Under the pieces are notes generated by a model, which had not been told where the DNA came from, ran no database searches, and saw only the letters and a list, made by a program, of their open reading frames with translations. Source: Octopus sinensis (lineage: Eukaryota). From it: DNA of 64,000 nt. The translations under genes were made by a program, and so were the position numbers. The DNA is taken from positions 9,114,001-9,178,000 of the forward strand of contig NC_043013.1 of NCBI RefSeq assembly GCF_006345805.1, given 5' to 3'. Below are positions 24,292 through 34,965 of this stretch, piece after piece. Position 1 is the first letter of the stretch; each line of letters opens with the position of its first letter.

Positions 24292-24374
24292 CCCTTACAG
24301 CTGTTTCAATTAAGCCTAAAAGATTAAATAGCAAGTATTAAAATCATTCTATTGGGCAAAATCTCTTCAAAGGG
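24292..24374 (-). ncRNA. Type I hammerhead ribozyme motif 3 (C3U core variant)
   Basis: CCCU-UUGAAGA-GAUU..AAUU-GAAA-CAGCUGUA^AGGG. Same palindromic stem III as motif 1; 4-bp stem I; AATAAA about 25 nt downstream, then (TA)n. Confidence 0.6.
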
Positions 24375-24407
24375 GTAGAAAAAAGATATACTTTTAAGTT
24401 TTTTATG

Positions 24408-24524
24408 TGTTGTGTTTTAGAATCTAATTTAAATCTAATTGAATATATATATACTTTGATACTTTGATAGTATCAAAGTATATATATATTCAATTAGAGT
24501 TAAATTAGATTCTAAAACACAACA
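24408..24524. repeat. 56-bp-arm palindrome, 5-nt loop, 1 mismatch
   Basis: Arms 24408-24463 and 24469-24524. Confidence 0.95.
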
Positions 24525-25070
24525 TATACATATATATACTCTTTTACTTGTTTCAGTCATTTGACTGTGGCCATGCTGGAGCACCACCAGTAGTCGAGCA
24601 AAACGACCCCAGGATTTATTCTTTGTAAGCCTAGTACTTATTTTATCGGCCTCTTTTGCCAAACCGCTAAGTTACAGGGACATAAACACACCAGCATCGG
24701 TTGTCAAGTGATGTTGGGGGGACAAACACAGACACGCAAACATATTCACACACATGCATATATATCTATATATATATATATATATATATATACATACATA
24801 TATACGACGGGCTTCTTTCAGTTTCCGTCTACCAAATCCACTCACCAGGCTTTGGTCGGCCCGAGGCTATAGTAGAAGACACTTGCCCAAGTTGCCACAC
24901 AGTGGGACTGAACCCGGAACCATGTGGTTCATAAGCAAGCTACTTACCACACAGCCATTTGAATCTGGTGAGTGACCTTTACTCCTAAGTGTTTTATAGG
25001 TGCAAAACCAATAGTCACTCTATGACAGTTAACTGCCTAAAAAATATATTACTGTGTTGACACTTTAGAG

Positions 25071-25354
25071 CAATAGTTCTCAAAGTGGGTGGTGGAAAGA
25101 TCCAGGGGGCTGTTGAAGAAAAATGGGGCAAGAATGGGGTGACCAAAACAGGGCAATAGATGCAAAAAAGAAGAAGACAAAAACGAAGAAAATAGATGGT
25201 TAAACTGGTTAACATTTTTTTGTGAAATATTGTTGTTTTAAATTTGCTGCAGAAAATGGTCTGTCTGTGATGGTGAGTGGCATTGGTGGAAGGACACAAG
25301 GAATGTGGCTTAGAACCAAGCGGGCGGAAGCCTGAAAAAGTTTGGAAACCACTG
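25071..25354. mobile_element. hAT (Charlie/Buster-like) MITE
   Basis: Termini CAATAGTTCTCAAA / TTTGGAAACCACTG; exact 8-bp TSD CTTTAGAG (25063-25070, 25355-25362). Confidence 0.85.
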
Positions 25355-25449
25355 CTTTAGAGTGTGCTTCTTTTTTGGGATATATGAACTACTGACATGT
25401 GTGTGTGTGTGTGTGTGCACGTGTGTGTGTGCACGTGTGTGTGTGTGTG

Positions 25450-25484
<35 letters not shown>

Positions 25485-26022
25485 TTATCTTCCACCTCCA
25501 CTCCATAGCCAGTGTTAATTTTTTCCTGCCTTGTAACTTAGCACTTTGGCAAAAGAGACTGATAAAATAAGTAACAGGCTTTAAAAAAAATATAAGTACT
25601 GGAGTCAATTTGTTCAACTAAAACCCTTCAGGACTGTGCCCCAGCATGGCCACAGTTCAATGACTGAAACAAGCAAAAGATAAACAGTATGATTTTCTTT
25701 GAAGGGAAATAATTTGATTTTGTTCTCAAAAATATTTGAGCTCAAGATTATATAGCAGCGTTATAGATTGGTGCATTCAGTTTTTGATCAGCTTAAATAC
25801 AAGGGTTGCCTCCCCTGATTTTCTTAGTAATTAATTATTCATTAACTAGACTACCCATGATTTGTGGGGTCACTGACGGTTCAGGTTAGAAAACACTGAA
25901 GCTGATTTCAACATCACATTGAAATGAAAGTGAATTTTATGATGATTCAGTTAAATATTTCAATTCGTTCATGTCATCATAGATCTGGTTTACAAGTTCA
26001 GGTTTTATGGTTTTATTGATTA

Positions 26023-26420
26023 CTAGCAGTATCGCCCGGCGTTGCTCGGGTTTGTAAGGGAAATAACTATATAAGCATTTTTAGAGAGTTATAGCCAAAA
26101 AATAGCAAAAAAATGCATTAAAAATGGAAAAAAAATTATGGTAAATTTTTTTTAAATCGTTGACTCATCGTAGACATTTTTAGAGAGTTACTTCCCTTAA
26201 TATAATAACAAAAAAAATGCATTAAAATAGAAAAAAATTATGGTAATTTTTTTTTAAATCGTAGACTCATCGTAGACGCGCACTAATACCCAGAAGGACT
26301 CGATATGAATCACGACTATAAGATACCCAGTTTTGGTTAAATTGCACTGCAAAATGTGGGAGTAGGTAGGAATCTAAATCGTAGGAGACAGACACACAAC
26401 TTCTCCTTTATATATAAAGA
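26023..26420 (-). mobile_element. Non-autonomous Helitron
   Basis: On the minus strand 5'-TC...GC-rich hairpin...CTAG-3', inserted between A and T; internal ~100-bp tandem duplication. Confidence 0.8.
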
Positions 26421-27133
26421 TTTTGCCTATTTATAAACGTACCCTGTATAAAAAACCCTGTATCTTGGGAATCTGTCATCCAATTTACACGAAACTTGTT
26501 TTATTCTATTTGTATTCACATTTCAGAGGTACCTTACTTTCAGAATACTTTCCCATTATGCACCGGTTTAGCTGTATTAAATGACAAACAAGCACGCACA
26601 CAAGCACACATGCAAGCAAGCAAGCAAGCAATTACAGAATTTTAGTAGTATATAGAGAATATTGTTTGATTATAAGGGCAGTGAACTTGCAGAATCGTTA
26701 GCAAACCAGGCAAAATGCTTGTCCATTTTTACATTCAGTTCGTATTTTGCCTGTTGTCACATTCTGGGTTCAAATGCTGTGGAGGTCAACTTTGTCTTCC
26801 ATCCTTTCAGGGTTGATAAAATAAGTACCAGTTGGGTACTGGGGTTGTTGTAATCAACTTAGCCCCTCTCTCGAAATTGCTGGCCTTATGCCAAAATTTG
26901 AAACCAGTAATATTGTTCACTCTTTTACTTGTCTCAGTCATTTGACTGTGGCCATGCTGGAGCACTGCCTTTAGTCAAGAAAATCGACCTCAGGACTTAT
27001 TCTTTGTAAGCCTAGTACTTATTCTATAGGTCTCTTTTGCTGAACCGCTAAGTTACGGTGACATAAACACACCAGTATTGGTTGTCAAGTGATGTTGGGG
27101 GGACGAACACAGACACACAAACATACACACACG

Positions 27134-27173
<40 letters not shown>

Positions 27174-27580
27174 CAAATACATATGACGGGCTTCTTTCAG
27201 TTTTTGTCTACCAAGTCCACTCACAAGGCTTTGGTCAGCCCGAGGCTGTAGTAGAAGACACTTGCTCAAAGTGCCACACAGTGGGACTGAACCCAGAACC
27301 ATGTGGTTCATAAGTAAGCTACTTACCACACAGCCACTTCTTTAAAAATAATATAGTTTCAGTCATTGGACTGCAGCTATACTAGGGCGCCATCTTTATG
27401 GGTTTAATCTACTCTAGTTCTTATTTTTAAGTTTGTTATTTATTGTATTTGCTTATTTTGTCAAACCACTATGTCATGGGAATGTAAACAAATCCACACC
27501 AGTCGGCAAGCAGTGAAGGAAGACTAACACAAAGAGATACATGCACACACACACACACACACACACATACACAGATAAAC

Positions 27581-28690
27581 ATGTTGGGTTGGTAAGAAAG
27601 TAATTTTGGTTTTGTAGTGTGAAATAAAAGTCATGTATTTTTTTTCATACAAAGAATGAACTTTAATCAATTATATATTTTCCATTTTGTTCAATGACCT
27701 TTCACCATCTTTCTGGCAACTTTGTAATTCTATGCTCATAGAACTTCTGGACCTCATCAGCCAAAAACTGAAGCAAGTGTGATTTCAGGTAATTATCATT
27801 GTTGAAATTTTTACCATTCAAGAAACTTTTGAAACTTTGAAATAAATGGTAATCTGATGTTTCAAGGTCATGGATATATGGCAGATACGACATCACTTCC
27901 CAACCAAGCTCCAATAATTTTTAATGAGTTAGCAACGATGTGTGTGGTCTAGTGTTGACATGGTGGAGCACGATTCCTTTACGATTTGCCAATTCTGGCC
28001 TTTTTTTTCTTTGATTGCTTCCTCCAGTTTCATTAGTTGTTGACAGCAAACATCTGAATTGATTGTTTGGTTCCTTGGAAGCAGCTCAAAATACACAACA
28101 CCTTTGTAATCCCACTAAATTGACAGCATGGTCTTTTTTCATGCAATTCAGCTTTCGGTGTGGTTTGTACTGATTCATTATGCTTGGACCATGATCGTTT
28201 CCGATTGATGTTATTGCAGACAATCCATTTTTCCTCACCAGTGATGATTCGTTTAAAAAAAAAAAGGTTGATTTTATGGTGTTTGAGATGCATATTGTGA
28301 ATATTGATTTGTTGTGTTAAGTGAATCTCTTTCAACTGATGTGGAATCCAAATATTGAGCTTCTTAACGAGTCCAAGACATTTTAAGTGATTTCCAATTG
28401 TTGTAGGTGATACATTTAACCTCACAGCAATCCCTCGCACAGTTATATGACAATCAGATTCAGTTAAGGCTTTGATTCGGTCATCATCAACTTCAGTAGA
28501 ATGAACAGAGTGTCAGTCATCTTTGAGTGAAAAATCTCCAGAATGGAATTTTTAAAACCATTTCTGACAAATGCGTTCAGTTAAGCAATCAACACCATGA
28601 ACTTCAAAAATCTCTTTGTGAGCCTCAGCATCTTTCTTGCCTTTACAGAAATAGAAAAGCAAAATATGATGAAAATGTTTGTTTTTGCAC
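27581..28690 (-). mobile_element. Decayed mariner (DD34D) transposon
   Basis: ICQKWF, LVKKLNIWIPHQL, RIITGEEKWI, SDYHLFQS...KLPERW; TIR-like TGTTGGGTTGGTAAGAAAGTAAT at 27581. Confidence 0.9.
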
Positions 28691-29179
28691 TCCGCCAGTG
28701 GCACGTAAAAAGCACCATCCAATCGTGGCTGTTTGCCAGCCTCGTCTGGCACCTATGCCGGTGGCACGTAAAAAGCACCCACTACACTCACGGAGTGGTT
28801 GGCGTTAGGAAGGGCATCCAGCTGTAGAAACACTGCCAGATCAGACTGGGCCTGGTACAGCCTTCTGGCTTCCGAGACCCCAGTTGAGCCGTCCAACCCA
28901 TGCTAGCATGGAAAGCGGACGTTAAACGATGATGATGATGATGAACAGCTGTGAACAAAATTATGCACAATTAGCTTCTTAGATGTCTTGCAAACAACTT
29001 GCACATACAAATGCTACCAGTCAAAAACTCCACATACCAGAAGCCAGCAAGTGTATGGGGTCATCAGGAGAGAATGCGCGGCGTTTCGAGGCCTACCTCT
29101 CGACGGCATCAAAGCGCACCAGCCCCCATCACTGATATGAAGCCCCACTTGCTAGATCAGCTGGTTATCAAATAAAGCT

Positions 29180-29370
29180 CAATATCCTTCTAGCCATTGC
29201 TCATCGTCTCTTTTTAACCAAATCCACTGTAGTTTGGATATCAGTCATGGTGGTATTGACTTTATGATGAGTTCGGCTTAACGATAACAACAGTCGTCTC
29301 ACACTGTGTCCAACAAACCCTCTACATCCGACTTCAATTGGAAAATGTTCTGCGTCCATATTATCTTACA
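29180..29370 (-). mobile_element. HERO-like non-LTR retrotransposon 3' fragment (restriction-like endonuclease)
   Basis: FPIEVGCRGFVGHSVRRLL and, after a frameshift, WIWLKR; these are characteristic HERO RLE C-terminal motifs. Confidence 0.75.
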
Positions 29371-29886
29371 CAGTAAGCTAAAAGTAATGGATATCAAATG
29401 TGAAAAGGAAAATATCATAACATTGACAAAAGTCATTTAAAAAAATCGTAACTCTATCTATTTGCAAAAAACGAAATTACTTTCTTGCCAACCCAATATA
29501 TGGTGAGCTTCCACACAATTTCTGTGTATCAAATTCACACACAAGGCATTAGTCAGCTGGAGGTTGAAGTAGAAAACACTAGCCCAACGTACTGCTTAGA
29601 GGAATTGAACTCAAAACCATGTAGTTGCAAAGCAAGCTACTTAGCCACACAACCATGTTGGCACCTTGAATTTTTCTCATTACCTGCATGTAATTTGAAT
29701 TAAGTTAAAATTTGAATTCATTAAAATTAATTAGAGAATTCATTAATACTTGCAATGAAATGAAATGAAAATTTTCAAATTTTAATTAATGATATTTAAT
29801 AGAGTGATATAATACAAAATAAAATCCATTCTGATACAGAAGAAATAAAGAACAAACAACATTGATATTCACAGAAAATATTATTT

Positions 29887-30024
29887 TTATTCAGTTTTTT
29901 TCGCAATTTTTTCTTGATGAATGTTTTCTTTTTGAATTAAATATAAACCTGATATGATGCACATAAAACCTGCAAACCATTGCAAATTCAAATGTTCAGA
30001 GAAAATTATCCACCCCAAGATGGC
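29887..30024 (-). CDS. TMEM42: TMEM42 homolog, exon 3 (45 codons + TAA)
   Basis: AILGWIIFSEHLNLQWFAGFMCIISGLYLI matches TMEM42 AFLGYVLYGE...WWGGVFLILCGLTLI. Strong TTTCAG acceptor. Spliced CDS is 471 nt, 156 aa. Confidence 0.92.
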   Translation of the reverse strand, partial: AILGWIIFSEHLNLQWFAGFMCIISGLYLIQKENIHQEKIAKKTE

Positions 30025-31522
30025 CTGAAAGAAAGAAAAAAAATAGAGAGAAAATGTTATTGAATGAAGGAGAAAAAGAGAGATAGAGAGAGAGAAAGAG
30101 AAAAATTTGTGGTTCATATGTGAAACCAAATAAACTATTTTATCGAAATATTTTTTTTCTTTTTGCTTTGTTTTTGCAACAAATGGGACAGCAGGTGCCA
30201 GTTTTCACAGAATTAAGGGTTTAAGGGATATCCCTTACCTTGATCACTGCATACAACACCAATCTATTGTAGGTTTTACAAATCAATGAAAGAAACCTCT
30301 ACAGCTCAACTTTGTAGAAATGGCAGCTAAATCACACTCAACCATCTTACAAAACAGAAAGGGCACATTTAAATCAGGTTGTTTAGATACACTATCTCTG
30401 AATAAAAGATGGAAGGGTCACAATATGAATTGTCTTTATTTATAGCTTCAGATGCTGGGCCTCACTGAGGAAATGATAAGGGGCCAGGAGTTGTGGCAAT
30501 TTGCTGTACTTGAGAAGGTGTGTCATGCTAAATAAAATCGCTGCAGGCCGTACATACAGGCTTGTCCTTTACAGGTGCCACTTCCACATAAAATGCACTT
30601 GTGCCAGTGCTGTGCAAATGCATCTGTGCCAGTGGCACATGAAAAGCACCTAGCACATTCAGTAAAGTGGTCGGTGTTGGGAAGGGTATCCAGCTGTAGA
30701 AACCATGTCACAAAAGACAACTGGAGTCTGGCCAGCTCCTGTCAAACTGTCCAACCCATGCCAGCATGGAAAATGGACATTAAACAATGATGATGATGAT
30801 GATGATGATAGCTCTACTTGACCAGAGCTGACCTGGATCTAAACAGTAACTATACATTTTGTTCATGGAAGGATTTAAGTTCAGTAATAAAAGCTAATGA
30901 AACACTAATCAACTATCATTTTCTATTAGTGCAATAGTAGAGAAAGAAAGACGAAGATAGTCTAGAATCCTTTCCAGATGCTTTAAAGAAAGAAAGAAAG
31001 ACAAAGAGACATAGTCCAGGACTTTTTATAGACTTTCAAGTAATATAGAATAAGGACATGGAAGTGCGTGGCTTAGTGGATTGGGTGTCAGCATCATGAT
31101 CGTAAGATTGTGGTTTCGATTCTTGGACCGGGTGACACATTGTGTTCTTGAGCAAAACACTTCATTTCACGTTCCTCCAGTCCACTCAGCTGGCAAAAAT
31201 GAGTAACGCTGTGATGGACTGGTGTCCCATCCAGCTGGGGAACACATACGCCATTGAAACCAGGAAACCGGGACCGTGAGCCTGGCTAGGCTTTAAAAAT
31301 AGAGACGCATTTATTTTTTTTAGAATAAGGACACAGAAGTGTGATTAATCTATTCATCCAGAATGAGATTACTGTTGGGTGCTACTGCTTAGACACTGAT
31401 GAATTGGCATGGGTGATTGGACAATCAGGCTGTTTTGGGAGGGTAAAGTACTTTTTGGTTCTAGAGGTAAACACACATTCACACAGATGTACATGCAGAA
31501 ATACACACACACACACAGAAAG

Positions 31523-31600
<78 letters not shown>

Positions 31601-32295
31601 AGATTGTTGAACACAGCGCCAAGCCCAGCCTGGGAATTGAATTCACAACCTCATGATTGTGAGCCTGACACTCTAACCACTGAGCCAGGCACCAGAAGGC
31701 AGGAACTTTCCAGGTGCAATCCCATAGTCATTCATGATGGAAGGGGGTCTCCAAAGGGGTAATTAAAAGTATTTCATATCTTTCAGTACAAAACGTACAG
31801 GAAAAAATATGCTGTTTGCAGACCAAGGTACATAATTCTTGATTTAAATATTTCATTATGATTTTATTATATAAGGTAACTAAATCAATTTGTTATAGTG
31901 ATCAAAGACATCAGGTTTGTATTACACAGCGGTTATATTCGCAAAATAAAGTTTGCAGTGCCATTAGAAGAGAAGTTTAACATTTCAGCCCAAGACCTTC
32001 ATCAGAAAAATTGGTCTTGCTTGAAACAATGTATTCTCCTCTTCTCATAGTACACACACGCACACACACACACAAACAGCTTCCATTTTAAGAACTTAAG
32101 TGAACTAAATCTCACAAATACATTTAGCTTCCACAAACTGAAGCTTGTTTTTACCTTTTACAGTGTTGAATGAAAGTAACAAATCATAAAAGCAATAACA
32201 GAAATTTATATCAGTTTATTAGAAAAACTGTTTAAAATTACTCAAAAACTCTAATCAATAAAGGAAGAAAAAAACAAATTTAAAACTAGACTCAC

Positions 32296-32445
32296 AGAAA
32301 AGAGAAAGCTAGATGCTGTATTTGTGGCCGAGGCTTCAACCGTTGAAGAGAAATACTGAAGGGCCTTGGTGAAAGTTGTCCACATTAAAACATTAAACAG
32401 AATGACAAACCCGACACAAATTGCCCATAACACATTCGTCAAAGC
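32296..32445 (-). CDS. TMEM42: TMEM42 homolog, exon 2 (50 codons)
   Basis: NVLMWTTFTKAL...ASATNTASSFLFS matches TMEM42 NSLMWTFFSRGL...ASVTVTFSNILSS. Pyrimidine tract plus CAG acceptor; GTGAGT donor; phase 0/0. Confidence 0.92.
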
Positions 32446-32797
32446 CTGGAAAACACAAAAGACATTAATATTAACCCACCAGCATTCAGATTGCTCTGTC
32501 AAATGTATTGCTTATTTATTCGCATTGTAAAACACGTAAAAAGCACTGAATCCACTCTGCAGAGTGGTTGGTGTTGGGAAGGGCATCCAGCAGTAAAAAA
32601 CCCTGCCAAAAACAGACACAGTAGCTTGGGGTAATCTTCTACCCAGCCAGTTCCTGTCAACCATCCTACCCATGCATGCATGGAAGACAAACGTTAGACA
32701 ATGATGATGATATCTTGTAGCTCCAAGACTTCAATGGTGTGTTTATTTTTAGAATGACATTGGATGGTAGGTGTGAGATGTTGGATCTGGTCAGCTT

Positions 32798-32969
32798 AAT
32801 ATTTTAGCTGTTTTATATTTATTTCTTTATTGCCCACAGGGGGCTAAACACAGAGGGGACAAACAAGGACAGACAATCGACTTAATCCGTTTGTCTGTCC
32901 TTGTTTGTCCCCTCTGTGTTTAGCCCCCCGTGGGCAATAAAGAAATAAATATAAAACAGCTAAAATATT
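32798..32969. repeat. 79-bp-arm palindrome, 14-nt loop, 1 mismatch, in TMEM42 intron 1
   Basis: Arms 32798-32876 and 32891-32969. Confidence 0.95.
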
Positions 32970-34016
32970 TGGGCTGGATATGGCTGGACTAAATGCTAAA
33001 TGGGCCAAAAACATAGAAATGAAAAGTTATGTGTTCAGGTTTTCATTTGTTACATTTTTTTTTCTCTTTTTCAGTATCTAATTGTCCATGCTTGCATGGG
33101 TCAGATGGGATTTATTGAGTCAGAGCTTTTTATGGCTATGACGTATTATAGTATGTCATAGTGTGTTGCAGTGTATCATGGTGTACAGGGTCATGCTATG
33201 ACGTAATCTTTTGTGATGTATTGTCATGTATCACAAATGTGTATGTGTGTTTTGTTGTTATTGATTTGATCCCAGTTTTCCTGAGCCTGCAGAATAAAAT
33301 AATAAAATTTTAGAGGAAACCGATTCAACTGTCAGATGTCGCACTAAAGAAAAATTTCACAACTGTTAAGTTCAAGAAGATACTGATATTTTTTCTTCAT
33401 TTAATCAAACTAGAACCAAGAGAGTTATTGTATAATATATTAATACTAGCTGGCCCCTTGCCGTCAAAAATGACGGTTAATTGTAGCATTTTATATATAA
33501 ATATGGATGGTAAATCAAATTAATACACTTGTCAATGTTCACGTACATTCACATACTTCCCTTGTACATGCACACACACTTCATCTCTTTTGGGATAATG
33601 TTAAACATATATATTATATAGGGGAGGCCAGTATGCATGGGCGACTGCTGGTCTTCCATAAACAACCTTGCCCAGACATGTGCTTCGGAGGCTAACTTTC
33701 TAGGTGCAATCCCATGGTCATTCATGACTGAAGGGGGTCGCAACAATATATATATATAAATTAGAAATAAAACAACTATTGTACTCCCCATTATTATTAT
33801 TATTATATATATACTCTTTTACTTGTTTCAGTCATTTGACTGCGGCCATGCTGGAGCACCGCCTTTAATCGAGCAACTCGACCCCGGGACTTATTCTTTT
33901 TGTAAGCCCAGTACTTATTCTATCGGTCTCTTTTTGCCGAACCGCTAAGTGACGGGGACGTAAACACACCAGCATCGGTTGTCAAGCAATGCTAGGGGGA
34001 CAAACACAGACACACA

Positions 34017-34051
<35 letters not shown>

Positions 34052-34489
34052 ATATATATATACATACATACATATTAACACGCGTGTGTGCGTGCGTACG
34101 TGTCATTGTCTATTCCTAAACTATATGAGGAAACGTCTGCAGTTATTTGTTTGTCCTCGGCTTTTTTTTTTTTTTTTTTCGTTAAGCTCTACGTCATGGA
34201 ATTTGCAAAAGTTCACGTTTCATGAAGAAAACTGAAGATCAAAACAAGACTGTGAGTGCTGCGATCCGAAGTCGAGAGATAAAGCGGGTATATGTAAATT
34301 GAGGAAAACTTATTTGGACGCCAACGTTATTAGTTTTATCCATTGTTCAAACATAAAACTTAGCCAGAGAAGGAAATGCAGAATTTTGCGACATAGAGTT
34401 ACCTCCCCTACACATGCAAACCGTGATAACGATAATCTTAGGTGGGAAGCGAGTATCTATCCCGTGTATTAACTCAGTGGTAAATAGGG

Positions 34490-34965
34490 AATAAGGCCGC
34501 TACCTGGCAGAATCGTTATCACGCCAGGTAAAATGCTTGGTGGCATTTCGCCCGTATTTTAAGGTGGCAAGATGGCTGAAACGTTAGCACGACGGGCGAA
34601 ATACGTAGCCGTATTTCGTCTGCCGTTACGTTGTGAGTTCAAATTCTGCCGAGGTCGACTTTGCCTTTCATCCTTTCGAGGTCGATTAAATAAGTACCAG
34701 TTACGAACTGGGGTCGATATAATCGACTTAATCCGTTTGTCTCCTCTGTGTTTAGCCCCTTGTGGGTAGTAAAGAAATAGGAATTTCGTCTGCCGTTACG
34801 TTCTGAGTTCAAATTCCGCCGAGGTCGACTTTGCCTTTCATGCTTTCGGGGTCGATAAATTAAGTACCAGTTACACACTGGGGTTGATATAATCGACTTA
34901 ATCCGTCTGTCTGTCCTTGTTTGTCTCCTCTGTGTTTAGCCCCTTGTGAGTAATAAAGAAATAGG
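34490..34965 (+). mobile_element. SINE family B tandem dimer. Another dimer at 37905-38295; singles at 26675-26910, 36510-36680, 54445-54655, 59985-60200(-), 61290-61505(-)
   Basis: GAGTTCAAATTCC B box, core GTCGACTTTGCCTTTCATCCTTTC..GTCGAT..AAGTACCAG, tail TTTGTCCCCTCTGTGTTTAGCCCC..GGGCAATAAAG. Confidence 0.85.

Noticed and set aside
29085-29125. Hairpin GAGG-TAGG-CCTC-GAAA resembling a hammerhead (minus strand)
   Set aside because: The core reads CCGTCGA (two mismatches) and no stem III or NUH site can be formed.
34213-34255. Plus-strand ATG..MKKTEDQNKT followed by a GTGAGT donor
   Set aside because: No matching downstream exons found; plausible by chance.
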